Origin: an uncultured Phycisphaerales bacterium
GTDB lineage: Bacteria > Planctomycetota > Phycisphaerae > Tepidisphaerales > Tepidisphaeraceae
NCBI GenBank assembly: GCA_963755915.1
Contig: CAVWLP010000003.1
Span: 352,001-416,000, forward strand
Length of the DNA stretch: 64,000 nucleotides
Direction of reading: 5' to 3'
This document shows positions 1 through 10,536 of this stretch, in pieces (positions within the stretch are counted from its first letter, which is position 1; every line of letters starts with the position of its first letter). The position numbers were made by a program, and so were the translations under genes. Below the pieces are notes generated by a model that did not search any database, was not told where the DNA came from, and saw nothing but the letters and a program-made list of their open reading frames with translations.

Positions 1-207
1 TATCGTCATATTTCCAGGCTGCAATCAAAATCGACGGGGTCGGGCGCTGGAGGGAAACTCCTTTCCAATCCGGCCTGCGGCGCGATATACTTGCAGACTG
101 ATAGTAAGTAGGGTCCTGGCGGTCTGCATTCGAGGAAATGGGCACCCGGTCCTGATATACTTTCGCCGAATCGAACTCTGGTCTCTAATTGGCGGACGAG
201 GCGCGCA

Positions 208-1530
208 ATGGGCCCTAAATCGTCTTTGACACTCTTGCTGGCGATCTGTATTGCGCTGGAGATCGTGCGCGCGGATTTTACGTCGCTGCGGGCGGTGACC
301 CCGATCGGGTCCACACAGGCGCCGGTGCAGATCGGGTTCTGGAATGGATTCACCGGCCCCGATGGCCGGGTGATGCTCGACCTGGTCCGGCAGTTCAATG
401 AGACGCACCCGGACGTGCAGGTCACGATGCAGCGAATCGTCTGGGCGACGTTTTACAACAAGGTGATGGTGGCGGCGATCGACCATCGGGGGCCGGAAGT
501 TTTTGTGCTTCAGTGGGATCTGACGCCGCGGATGGATCGGGCGGGGATTCTGGATGATGTGGATGACATGTTTGCCGATCCGGCATTTGCGGCGGATTTT
601 GAGCCTTGGTTGCTGGACCGGGTGAATTTCGGGACGGATGGGAAGACCAGACGGATTGGCGTGCCGCTGGATATCTGGCCGCACGGGATGTACTGCAACG
701 CGGAGATGTTTCGGCAGGCGGGGATCGTGAATGCGGATGGGTCGGCGCGGTTGCCGAGAACCCGAGAGGAATTCTTGGAGGATGCGAAGGCGCTCGAGCG
801 CGTGGATAATTCCGATCAATCGGCGCAGTGGGGGTTTGCGTATGGGGATTGGACGTATAACTTCGAGTCGCTGCTGCCGCAGTGGCACGGGCATTTGGTG
901 GACAAAGAGGGGAATCCGACGATTGACGATCCGGGAAATGTGGCGGCGCTGCAGTTTCTGGCGGACATGAATCTGAAATATCACCTGGCGCCGCCCCTGG
1001 AGGGGGGCGTTGCGGGATGGGTCGGATTTCGCCAGCATCGCGTGGCGATGGAATTTGATGGGGTTTACATGGTTGGCGATTTAAAGCGGCTTACGGGGCT
1101 GGATTATGAGGGCGCCCCCCTGCCGCAGATCGGGCCATATCCGGGAACATTCGCGAATTCGCACATTATGTGCATTCGAAAGGGGCTGGATGAGCGACGA
1201 AGAGAGGCGGCAAAGGCGTTTATTCGATTTTTATCGGACCACAGCCTGACGTGGGCGGATGCCGGGCAGGTTCCGGCGCGGACGAGCGCGCGGGAGAGCC
1301 CGGCGTTCAAGAAGCTGCAGGTGCAGTATGCGTTTTCGCAGCAACTGGATTATGTGCAGTATCCGGCCAGGACCGCGCTGATCAGCGAGATGCAGCAATA
1401 TGTGAACCTCGCGGTGGAGGCAGCGCTTCGCGGGCATGCGACGGCGGCGGAAGCGCTGCACCAGGCGCAGGAAAACTTCGAGACGTTGCTCGAGCACGAC
1501 CGGCAGGAGCTGATGGCGAGCCAGCCGTGA
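208..1530 (+). CDS. Carbohydrate ABC transporter substrate-binding protein (family 1)
   Basis: 440-aa ORF with N-terminal hydrophobic leader, FWNGFTGPDG motif and GVPLDIWPHGMYCN motif; directly upstream of two permeases. Confidence 0.9.
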   Translation: MGPKSSLTLLLAICIALEIVRADFTSLRAVTPIGSTQAPVQIGFWNGFTGPDGRVMLDLVRQFNETHPDVQVTMQRIVWATFYNKVMVAAIDHRGPEVFVLQWDLTPRMDRAGILDDVDDMFADPAFAADFEPWLLDRVNFGTDGKTRRIGVPLDIWPHGMYCNAEMFRQAGIVNADGSARLPRTREEFLEDAKALERVDNSDQSAQWGFAYGDWTYNFESLLPQWHGHLVDKEGNPTIDDPGNVAALQFLADMNLKYHLAPPLEGGVAGWVGFRQHRVAMEFDGVYMVGDLKRLTGLDYEGAPLPQIGPYPGTFANSHIMCIRKGLDERRREAAKAFIRFLSDHSLTWADAGQVPARTSARESPAFKKLQVQYAFSQQLDYVQYPARTALISEMQQYVNLAVEAALRGHATAAEALHQAQENFETLLEHDRQELMASQP

Positions 1531-2402
1531 CGAAAAAGATCCGAAGCGAAATGGTCGCCTATGCGTTCCTGCTGCCTTACGCGGCGGTCTTCTTTTTATT
1601 CATCGTGCTGCCGTTTGTGGTGTCGCTGGTGCTGGCGTTTTGCCAATATGATCTGACGACGCAGCGGGCGATTCGGTTTGTGGGGACGCGGAATTTCACC
1701 GAGGCCTTTCACGACCAATTTTTCTGGCGGGCGGTTGGGGCGACGTTTCGATACGTCGCGATGATCATTCCAGCGCAGACGGTGCTGGGGATGCTGCTCG
1801 CGCTGGGGATGAACGCGATGTCGCGGGGGCGGAAATCGGTTCGGGCGCTGCTTTTTCTGCCCGGGCTGTTCAGCATTTCGGTGACGGCGCTGCTTTGGAA
1901 TTGGTTCTTCGACGAGGAATTTGGACTGTTTAATCATTTGCTGCATGAGATTCATTTGCCCGGGGTGCCGTGGTTATCGAACGCGCATGTGGCGATGCCA
2001 AGCATCGTTCTGATGACGCTATGGTGGACGGTGGGAGGATCAGCGGCGATTTTGCTCACCGGCCTGCAGCAGATTCCGTCGCAGATCATGGAGGCGGCGG
2101 CGATCGACGGGGCCAGCGCCTGGCATGCGTTCTGGAAGGTGACGCTGCCGATGCTGCGGCCCGTGCTGCTGTTCATCGTGGTGATGAACACCATCGGCGG
2201 GTTTCAAATGTTTGCGCAGTCGATGCTGCTGACCAACGGCGGGCCGGAATTTACAACGCGGGGGGTGGTTCAGCTCATCTACGACACGGCGTTCATGAAC
2301 TACCGGCTCGGATACGGAGCGGCAATCAGTTGGCTGCTGTTCCTGCTGATCGCGGGATTTTCGCTGGCCCAATACCGGCTTTTGCGGAGGTATTCGGATT
2401 GA
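1527..2402 (+). CDS. Carbohydrate ABC transporter permease
   Basis: GTG at 1527 overlaps the upstream stop (GTGA); multiple TM segments; EAA motif EAAAIDGAS. Confidence 0.9.
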   Translation: MTKKIRSEMVAYAFLLPYAAVFFLFIVLPFVVSLVLAFCQYDLTTQRAIRFVGTRNFTEAFHDQFFWRAVGATFRYVAMIIPAQTVLGMLLALGMNAMSRGRKSVRALLFLPGLFSISVTALLWNWFFDEEFGLFNHLLHEIHLPGVPWLSNAHVAMPSIVLMTLWWTVGGSAAILLTGLQQIPSQIMEAAAIDGASAWHAFWKVTLPMLRPVLLFIVVMNTIGGFQMFAQSMLLTNGGPEFTTRGVVQLIYDTAFMNYRLGYGAAISWLLFLLIAGFSLAQYRLLRRYSD

Positions 2403-3222
2403 AGCGCACTGGGCCGCAAATTTCGACGGGGGTGATGATAGCGGTTGGGCTGCTGTTTATTGCCCCGCTCTTTGTAATGATCTTCACGTCATTCAAGCCG
2501 GAGTCGGAGGTTTTGAATCCGCAGTCGATTATTCCGAAACACTGGACCACAGAAAATTTCCGGTACGTGCTGAATTATTCGGAAGAAGCGCCGTTTCGCG
2601 CTGGCTGCTGAACAGCATCTTCGTGTCGACGGCGGTGACGCTGGGAGTGCTGGTCTTTTCGTCAATGGCGGCCTATGCGCTCACGCGGCTGAGATTGCGC
2701 GGCGGCGGGAAGATCCTGGGGGCTGTGGTGCTGACGATGATGCTTCCGGCCCAGTTATTTTTGGTGCCGGACTATTTGATTTTGAGCTGGTTTCACTGGC
2801 TCGATACGCCCTGGGCACTGATCGTCCCGGCAACGGCGGGAGGCTTCGGCGTGTTTATGCTCGCCAGCTTTATGCGGGCCATCCCCACTTCAATCGACGA
2901 GGCGGCGGTGATCGACGGCTGTTCGCCGCTGGGGGTTTACCTGCACGTGGTGCTGCCGCTGAGCGCACCCGCGCTGGCGACGCTGGGGATTTTCACGTTC
3001 ATCGGATCCTGGAACGATTTCGTGGCGCCGCTGGTGTTCCTGGATTCGGTGCGGAATTACACGCTGCCGGTGGGGATCGCGCTCTATCAGAATTCATACT
3101 ACACCGAATATGGGCTGACCCTGGCCACAAGCGTTCTGGCAACGATGCCGCTGGTCGTGATGTTCGCGATTTTCCAGCGGCACATCATTGAAAGCATGTC
3201 TTCAACCGGTTTGAAGGAATAG
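2399..3222 (+). CDS. Carbohydrate ABC transporter permease (one frameshift near 2597)
   Basis: TTG at 2399 overlaps the upstream stop; N-part SFKPESEV...WTTENF continues in another frame as WLLNSIFVST...EAAVIDGCS. Confidence 0.85.
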
Positions 3223-3231
3223 AAAGGAAAC

Positions 3232-4725
3232 ATGAATACCAAGCTTCATCTTCACACGGCGTTTCTGGTCGATGACGTTGACCCGCGCGTCTTCGGCGGA
3301 TTTCTCGAGCATTTGGGCAGGGCCGTTTACGAGGGCGTCTACGAGCCCAAGAGCAAGCACGCCGACGAGACCGGCTGCCGCAAGGACGTTCTGGAGGCCC
3401 TGAAGCGTTTGCGATTCACCGCGATGCGATATCCCGGCGGCAATTTCGTCAGCGGATACCACTGGCAGGATGCCGTCGGCCCCCGCAACAAGCGCCCGAA
3501 GGTGCGCGACCTCGCCTGGCAAAGTTTGGAGACAAACGAATTCGGACCGGATGAATTTGTCCCCCTTTCCCGCCGCATGAATTGGACCCCCATGATGGCC
3601 GTCAACCTCGGTACCGGCACGCCCGAAGAAGCCAGAAACTGGCTGGAATATTGCAACCTCGAATCCGGCTCAAAATGGGCCGAAATGCGCATCGCCAACG
3701 GATCCAAACGCCCGCACGACATCAAGCTCTGGTGTCTCGGCAACGAAATGGATGGCCCCTGGCAAATCGGGCACATCCCCGCGGAAACTTATGCAATAAA
3801 CGCCCAGCAGACCGCGCGGATGATGAAGATGGTCGACCCCAGCGTCGAGCTCGTCGTTTGCGGCTCCTGCACGATCGATCTCCCCACATACCTGGAGTGG
3901 GATCGGAAGGTCCTGGAACATTGCAAAAACGATGTGGAATTCATCAGCTTGCACCGTTACGTCGGCAACGAAGCCAACGATACGCCCGATTTTCTGGCGG
4001 TCAGCAACAGCATCGACGATCAGATCGAATCGATGGATTCGGTCTGCAAAGCCGTTCAAAAGACCAAGCGCCTCAAAAAGCGCGTCTATCTGAGTTTCGA
4101 CGAATGGAACATCTGGTATCGCGCCCGCACCGGCCCGCACATGGACGGTCGCGGCAAATTCGCCCCGCATCTGCTGGAAGAGGTGTATAACCTCGAGGAT
4201 GCGCTGGTCGCTGCTGAATTTCTGAACAGCTTCGTTCGTCATGCCGACTCTGTGAAGATCGCGAACATTGCCCAGATCGTGAACGTGATCGCACCGATAC
4301 TCACGCGCGGGGACGAGATGGTGATCCAGACGATTTTTTATCCGATCGAAATGATGACCAAACGCCGGGATGGGAAGGCGATGCGGATTGCGATCGATGG
4401 GCCGGCGTATGATTCGAAAAGCTTTGGACGGGCCAATTACCTCGATGCTTCCGCCATTCAAAACGGGAAACAGATCAGCGTTTTCGCGGTGAATCGCAGC
4501 CTTGAGGAGGCGATGGACCTCGAAGTCCGCCTCGGTGGAGGCCGAATCGAGAAACTCGTAAGCGGCGAGATTATCAGCAGTAATGATCCGAAGGCGAGCA
4601 ATACATTCGAGAACCCCAATCACGTGACGCCGCGGGAATTTAAGGATGCGGTCATCAACTCGGCGGGGGCAACTCTGAAACTGCCGCCGCTTTCGTTTGT
4701 CGCGGCGACGTTTGAAATATCGTGA
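3232..4725 (+). CDS. abfA: Alpha-L-arabinofuranosidase, GH51
   Basis: FLEHLGRAVYEG, RYPGGNFVSGYHW, LGNEMDG (acid/base) and SFDEWN (nucleophile) motifs; SD AAAGGA upstream. Confidence 0.93.
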   Translation: MNTKLHLHTAFLVDDVDPRVFGGFLEHLGRAVYEGVYEPKSKHADETGCRKDVLEALKRLRFTAMRYPGGNFVSGYHWQDAVGPRNKRPKVRDLAWQSLETNEFGPDEFVPLSRRMNWTPMMAVNLGTGTPEEARNWLEYCNLESGSKWAEMRIANGSKRPHDIKLWCLGNEMDGPWQIGHIPAETYAINAQQTARMMKMVDPSVELVVCGSCTIDLPTYLEWDRKVLEHCKNDVEFISLHRYVGNEANDTPDFLAVSNSIDDQIESMDSVCKAVQKTKRLKKRVYLSFDEWNIWYRARTGPHMDGRGKFAPHLLEEVYNLEDALVAAEFLNSFVRHADSVKIANIAQIVNVIAPILTRGDEMVIQTIFYPIEMMTKRRDGKAMRIAIDGPAYDSKSFGRANYLDASAIQNGKQISVFAVNRSLEEAMDLEVRLGGGRIEKLVSGEIISSNDPKASNTFENPNHVTPREFKDAVINSAGATLKLPPLSFVAATFEIS

Positions 4726-4792
4726 CGATCGTGCGCCGATTCGCGGTTTGTTAAAATGTGCCGGCCCGGGGGAAAATGGGCGAGATTCGCCA

Positions 4793-5635
4793 GTGAAAAA
4801 GCTGCGCTCATACATTCTCGGCAACGCTTCCACCGCGGAATATCAGCGGCTGGATCTCATGTCCAAGATTCTTGATCCGTGGACGAGATCATTGATTGCC
4901 GGACTTGGTTTGCGGGAGGGTTGGCATTGCCTGGAACTGGGGGGCGGCAATGGGAGCATGACGGAGTGGCTGTGCGAAAAGGTCGGGGCGTCGGGAAGCG
5001 TTACCTCGGTGGACATCGAACCGAAGCTTATTGCACTGGTGCCGGCGCAAAACCTTGTGGTTCGGCAGACGGACGTGCGGGTCGCGGATTTGCCGGGAGG
5101 GCCGTTTGACCTCGTGATGTGCCGGGCGATGCTGCACCAGATTTCGGAGCACGCGCAGGGTGTGCTGGGCAAAATGGCGGCGGCAGTGAAACCCGGCGGG
5201 TGGCTGTTTGCGTGCGAGCCGGATTTTAACCTGGCGCGGACCTGTGAGCCCAAAGCGTGGGCGAAGACATGGGATGGAATTTTGAAGTGGGGAAAATCGC
5301 AGGGCGTTGACTGGTTAATCGGCCGCAGGCTGCCGGGAATGGTAAAGGCGCTGGGGCTGGGATATCCCGAAGTGGCGACGCACGTGCCGAGCATTCGGGG
5401 GACGACGCGCGATGCGGAATATTTTCAGATGTTTCTGGAGATGGTGCGAAAACGCGTGCTGGAATCGCGGTCGGTGGATGCGAAAACATTCGATGCGGCT
5501 GCCGCGGCGCTGCGGGATCCGGATTGCTGGACGCAGTGCTGGATGCTGACCGGCGTTTGGGTGCGCAAGCCGTGGTTTGAACGCGATCAATCAGAGCAGC
5601 GGGTCGTTGATCTTGCGCTTCATCAGCAGGTTTGA
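4793..5635 (+). CDS. Class I SAM-dependent methyltransferase
   Basis: LELGGGNG motif I, VDIEP, FDLVMCRAMLH and KPGGWL motifs; GTG at 4793; 3' end overlaps the convergent gene by 45 bp. Confidence 0.85.
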   Translation: MKKLRSYILGNASTAEYQRLDLMSKILDPWTRSLIAGLGLREGWHCLELGGGNGSMTEWLCEKVGASGSVTSVDIEPKLIALVPAQNLVVRQTDVRVADLPGGPFDLVMCRAMLHQISEHAQGVLGKMAAAVKPGGWLFACEPDFNLARTCEPKAWAKTWDGILKWGKSQGVDWLIGRRLPGMVKALGLGYPEVATHVPSIRGTTRDAEYFQMFLEMVRKRVLESRSVDAKTFDAAAAALRDPDCWTQCWMLTGVWVRKPWFERDQSEQRVVDLALHQQV

Positions 5636-6163
5636 GGGGAGGCTCGTGGGGTCCAGCGCTTTGCGGGCGGTTTCCACGCCGGCGACCGGGAGATTTTTGG
5701 GGTCGAGCAATCCGAGTTGAACAAGCGCCGAGGCCTGGTCCCAGTGGATGTGCTCGTGATGAATTTTTCCGCCTTCGAAGGCGACGACCACGATCGTGAC
5801 CAATTCGATCCTCCGGCCGGTCGGCGGCACACCGGGAAGCAGCCAGTCCATTTGCTTGGTGTGGGTGCAGCGGAAGACGAATTCATCGACGATGCGGTCG
5901 TAGCCGACGGTCCGCGAGATGGGGAGGAGTTCGACATCGGGCGGCATCGAGGGAATGAAATACGTGCCGTAAAAGTGCTCGAGCTGGGTGCGACCAACGC
6001 CGCCGGTCAGCACCGGCACGTGGTTGACATAGGGGCGGGCGACCATGGTATCGCAGGAAGCGGCGGCATTTTTGTCCTGGAATTCCGCGGCCAGATGCTT
6101 TTCCCACAGATCGACCATCGCCAGTTGATCGGGCGTGAGCTTTGAAAGGTCGAGGGCGAACAT
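5591..6163 (-). CDS. SnoaL/NTF2-like ester cyclase family protein
   Basis: PYVNHVPVLTGGVG, RIVDEF, LPGVPPTGR and EHIHWDQAS motifs. Confidence 0.85.
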   Translation of the reverse strand: MFALDLSKLTPDQLAMVDLWEKHLAAEFQDKNAAASCDTMVARPYVNHVPVLTGGVGRTQLEHFYGTYFIPSMPPDVELLPISRTVGYDRIVDEFVFRCTHTKQMDWLLPGVPPTGRRIELVTIVVVAFEGGKIHHEHIHWDQASALVQLGLLDPKNLPVAGVETARKALDPTSLPSNLLMKRKINDPLL

Positions 6164-6393
6164 GACGACCACCTCCCCAAAAGAAGTAGTTTGTCCGGGG
6201 ACGCCGGGACGCGCGCAGGCATTCTAACACAAGGCGTGCAGTAATCAGTTATCGCTCCCATTTTACGCGGGGAAAATAATTCATTTGCTTCAAAACAGCC
6301 GCTGGGCGCAAAACCTGCCATGGGGCCACAAGTTAAGTGATGTTTCGGGTTCTTCGATAAAGGGCAATATCGGTCTTTTGCCTTAAGCCAGGA

Positions 6394-8012
6394 ATGCCAA
6401 TGGAAAGCAGCAATCAAAGTGTTTCAATCCGCTGGGGACTCGTAGCCGTCCTGCTCGCAGCATCGATTGCGCGCCTGTCGACGCTGAGCGACCCATTTAC
6501 CCGAAACCACGAAAGCACCGCCTGCGGCCCCATGGTCTGCGCCGCCCGAAATATGGTGCGCTACGGATTCTTCGCCTGCCATTTCGGCTACGTTGAAAAC
6601 GCCGATCACGTCGATCCGAGCCAGTTCACTTATTACAACCACCATCCGCCCCTGGTTCCGATACTCGAGGCCCTCAGCGCCAAGGTCTTCGGCGATGTCC
6701 CCTGGGCTTACCGCCTACCCGGCGCTCTCTGCTCCGTGCTCACCAGCGGGCTGCTCTTTGTGATGCTGGCGGCAAGTTTGACTGGCGCGTCGGGCTCGCC
6801 ACGGCGCTGCTTTATACCCTCTGCCCTTTCATCTGGATGTTCGGCGACATGCCCGACGTCGTCGGCCCCCACATGATGCTCTTCGGACTCCTCACCCTGG
6901 AGTGCTATTCACGCTGGTCCGACGAAGGCAACGCAAGGTGGCTCCCCTGGGCCGTTCTCTGCTGGTTTCTGGCCTTTATGTGCGACTGGCCGGCCTTTTT
7001 CCTCGTCCCCATCCTCTGCGCCGATTATGCCATCAAGCATCCCTGGCGCGCCTGGTGGCGGATGATTCCCTACTGCGTGATCGCCGTCCTCGTCCTCGGA
7101 TCGACCATCGGCTGGCTGATGGCCGGTGGCGACAACAGCGTCATCTCCGAAACCATCCGCAGGGTCAACGGCGGCGCCTCCGACGCCGGCCTGAAGATCG
7201 GCCTGGCAAGCTGGTTCCGCGTCGCCATCGGTTATTACGTTTATCACACGTTCACCCTCCCGGTAATTCTGCTCGGCCTGGCCTATATTCCCGCGGTGGT
7301 GTGGATCGTTAAGAAACACCGCTCAGAGTTGGCGGCCAATGATACAACGCTGATGATGGTCTGCTGGGGACTGATGCACGTTCTGATCGGCTTCCAGAGC
7401 AGCTACCAGCACATGTGGGTCTGGTGCGTCCTGGTGCCGGGCGCCTGCGCCGCCGCCGTCCTGGGCGGACGGGCCATCTGGAATATTCTCCCCGCCAAAA
7501 TTCAGACCAGTTCCTACGTGCCCTTTACCGCCGGAGCGCTGGCGGTTGTCTTCATCGTCTCCTGTTGCCTGGAGGCCAAAACCCTCAGCAATCTCGGCCT
7601 GCCTGTCGAGGAAAACAGCTATACAATGAAGGACATGGGCGAGGTGATTCAGCAGACCGTGCCCCCTGGCCAGGGAGTTTTGACCAGCGATATGAGCGAC
7701 CCCCTGACGCATCAAAGCGAGCCGGCCCTGTGGTTCTACTCCGACCGCCAGCTTCGCAACGGCATTCGCAGCGTCAGCCAGCTTGATAATTCACTGGGTG
7801 AGGGGGACTACCAGCTCTTCTACGATTTCGTGCAGCCCGGCGGCCCGGCGCCTTTGTGGTTCATCATGCCGCTGGAGCATCACGAGCGATTCAAGCAACT
7901 GGCGGCCGCGCTCGACAGCCGATACGCCCGCTGGCAGAAAAACGGGTTCTTCATCTACTACCTCCCGGAGACCCCCGCCGACGTAGGCAAGGTCGCCGAT
8001 ACCGGCAGGTAG
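6394..8012 (+). CDS. GT-C fold membrane glycosyltransferase (ArnT/PMT_2-like), frameshift near 6770
   Basis: YNHHPPL and AYRLPGAL motifs in the first ORF; frame switches to GKFDWRVGLATALLYTLCPF and a polytopic membrane ORF ending at 8012. Confidence 0.72.
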
Positions 8013-8025
8013 ACTTCCACCACTT

Positions 8026-8835
8026 TTAGTTTGCGTCGGCCCCCGCCGACGCACCCACAAGCTTGCCCACCGGTGCAGCAGTCTTGCGTGGCTCATGCCA
8101 GAGCCGCCAGCGAAGGCGGATCGTGTCGAGGATCATGGACCAGCCGTGCTTCACCATGCGGACCGTGGTCGGGTCTACATATTCGAAATGGATCGGCGTC
8201 TCCTTGATCGTGAGATTGGCGGCGCCGGCGTAGGCGAGGAGCTCTACGTCGAAGAAGAAGCCGTCGGTTACGATGTGTGCGCCGATTCGATCCCACGTTT
8301 TGGCGGTGAAGCCTTTCAGGCCGGCCTGGGTGTCGAGGATTTTTATGGGCAGCATCCAGCGCAGGAAGGCGTTGAAGGCGCGGCTCATGCGGTGACGCTT
8401 GTAGATGTTAGGGAAATCGAGGGGGCTGATCAGGAACCGCGAATCGGGGTGGGCGCGGTTGACGACGACCATGTCGGCCCCTTCGCGCAATTTCGCCAGG
8501 ACCTTGACCGCTTCCTCGGGGGCATACGCCAGATCGGCATCGGTGAAGATCCGATACGGCGTCTGCGCCCGCCACATGCCGTTCTTCACCGCGAATCCCT
8601 TGCCGCGGTTCTTGGTATAGCTCTGCACCGTCATCCGCGGCTCATTGCGCGTAAGCATCTCGAGCTTCGCCGAGGTATCGTCCGTGCACCCGTCGCAGAC
8701 GAACAGAACGCAGAATTCGGGATTCACCGCAAGAAAGGCGCTGAGCCTTTCCACCGATTTGGCGATGAACGCCGACGCGTTATAGGTCGGAATGACCAGT
8801 GTGCAGATAGGATTGGTCCCAATTTGAGCATTCAT
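8026..8835 (-). CDS. GT2 polyprenyl/dolichyl-phosphate glycosyltransferase-like
   Basis: VIPTYN, DGCTD, NRGKGFAV, FTDADL, DTQAGLKGF and GFFFDVELL motifs. Confidence 0.88.
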   Translation of the reverse strand: MNAQIGTNPICTLVIPTYNASAFIAKSVERLSAFLAVNPEFCVLFVCDGCTDDTSAKLEMLTRNEPRMTVQSYTKNRGKGFAVKNGMWRAQTPYRIFTDADLAYAPEEAVKVLAKLREGADMVVVNRAHPDSRFLISPLDFPNIYKRHRMSRAFNAFLRWMLPIKILDTQAGLKGFTAKTWDRIGAHIVTDGFFFDVELLAYAGAANLTIKETPIHFEYVDPTTVRMVKHGWSMILDTIRLRWRLWHEPRKTAAPVGKLVGASAGADAN

Positions 8836-8897
8836 ATTTCTCCCGGTCCGTTTTTAGTTCTTGCCAGTTTGTTATCGGTCCAAGCGCATAAATCCTG

Positions 8898-10535
8898 TTA
8901 AAACCTGTAAGTGAGCCCCGCGGAGAGCCCGTTGCCGGAATAGGGCACAGACGATCCGGGGAGGTAGTAGTACGTATACGACACCGACAGTTGGAGACGA
9001 TTCCCAATGTGCAGCGTGGGCCCGATCGACAGCTCCACGCCGAAGTCGGCGGGGCTCAGGATGTACAGGGGATAGACATACATCGGTAGCGTAAGCCCGG
9101 GCACGATCTGCGGCTCGGCACGCAAAATCGGACCGACGGTTTGGAAATCCGCCCGGCTGCTGTAGGCGGTGTTTTGCCCATACTGGGTCATTTCGTAAGC
9201 GCCGCCGAGGCGGATATTCCAGGTGTAATTGAGGACGTAATAGGGTTCGACGTGGAGGAACTGGCGGCTATTGCCGTCGTTGTATTCGGCGTAGGTGTAG
9301 ACGACGTTGGCGGCGATGTAATCGGTGAACTGGTAGCCACCACTGACGCCGGCGACGTCCTGCGAGAGGTCGTTGGCGACTGTGTACATCGTGTCGTTAA
9401 CCGGGTCGTTGAGGCGATACGTTCCGTCGAGCCAGAGCTTATCGGTGGGCTTCCAGGTAGCGCCGACGTTGAAGCCGGTGACTTGACGCCCGGGCTGCTG
9501 GAAGGCGTCAACGCCGCCGCGGAAATTCCATTCGCTGTTGACGTGATATTCGAGGCCTAGGTCCTCCTGGTAGCGGATCACGGGGCCAAAGCTCATCTTG
9601 TTGTTGGCGAAGTAATTGTTGTTGTATTCCGCGTCGATGGCGATGTGATCCGACACCGGAACGGTCAGGGTATTGAACCATCCCATCTGGTGGAACCCAT
9701 CGCTGCCGAAGAAGAGGTAATAGTCGCTGGAAAACTGCACGGCCGTATTGGTTTCGATATTCGAAAGCCCTGTCTTGGCCGTTTCGAATGTCGGGTCAAA
9801 CTCCATCGCCTTGGCGTATTCCTGCCGAGCTTCGGACAGATCCCAGTTGTTCCGGTGAATATCCCCCAGCAGGCCCAGGGCATCGACCGACTTGGGATTC
9901 TTGGCCAGCACCGCCTTGGCAATCTTTTCCGCCTCCGCATCGCGCCCATGGGCGTGCAGGAATTTGGCGTGGGCCAGGAGGATCCATTCCTCATCGACGG
10001 CATTGCGATCAGCCGCTTCGTAGGCTTTTTCGGCGTCCGCGGTCCGGCCCGCGTGATCCAGCGCGGCGCCGAGCTGCGCATAGGTTTCCGCGTCGTTAGG
10101 GTCGTGTCGAATGACTTCGTTGAGAACGTCTATTTCGCGATCGGTCATCCCGGCCGCATCCGCGGCCTTGGCGAGCTCCAGGCCCCAGCTGGTGTCGTTG
10201 GGATCCTGGATGTAGGCCGTGTCGAGATGCACGTAGGCTTTTTGGGGATCGTTCAGTTTGTCCAGATAGATCCAGCCGAGGGTTCGCCGCAGGATGATTT
10301 CATCCGGGCGCGCCGCCAGGGCCTTTTCCATCGCGTCGGCGGCGGCCTGGTAGTCGGCCTTGGTTTTCGTCTGCTCCGCGCGGCTTTCCAGCTCCCACGC
10401 GGAATCCATCAGCGCGTCGGTCTGCTGCTTGGTAAGCGACGGAGTCGTCTGCGCACCCGCGCGGCCGCAAAGCATGGCCAGGGTCGCCAGCGCCAACAGG
10501 ATTCTTGCCGGAGATTTTGGAGAGATGGTTTTCAT
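8898..10535 (-). CDS. Secreted TPR protein with probable C-terminal outer-membrane beta-barrel
   Basis: Signal peptide ending AGA-Q; several TPR repeats; Tyr/Gly-rich alternating beta strands ending GLTYRF. Confidence 0.75.
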   Translation of the reverse strand: MKTISPKSPARILLALATLAMLCGRAGAQTTPSLTKQQTDALMDSAWELESRAEQTKTKADYQAAADAMEKALAARPDEIILRRTLGWIYLDKLNDPQKAYVHLDTAYIQDPNDTSWGLELAKAADAAGMTDREIDVLNEVIRHDPNDAETYAQLGAALDHAGRTADAEKAYEAADRNAVDEEWILLAHAKFLHAHGRDAEAEKIAKAVLAKNPKSVDALGLLGDIHRNNWDLSEARQEYAKAMEFDPTFETAKTGLSNIETNTAVQFSSDYYLFFGSDGFHQMGWFNTLTVPVSDHIAIDAEYNNNYFANNKMSFGPVIRYQEDLGLEYHVNSEWNFRGGVDAFQQPGRQVTGFNVGATWKPTDKLWLDGTYRLNDPVNDTMYTVANDLSQDVAGVSGGYQFTDYIAANVVYTYAEYNDGNSRQFLHVEPYYVLNYTWNIRLGGAYEMTQYGQNTAYSSRADFQTVGPILRAEPQIVPGLTLPMYVYPLYILSPADFGVELSIGPTLHIGNRLQLSVSYTYYYLPGSSVPYSGNGLSAGLTYRF

Positions 10536-10536
10536 G

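Noticed and set aside
5591-5635. 45-bp convergent overlap of the methyltransferase and ester cyclase genes
   Set aside because: Short non-conserved tail overlap; common, or caused by an indel.
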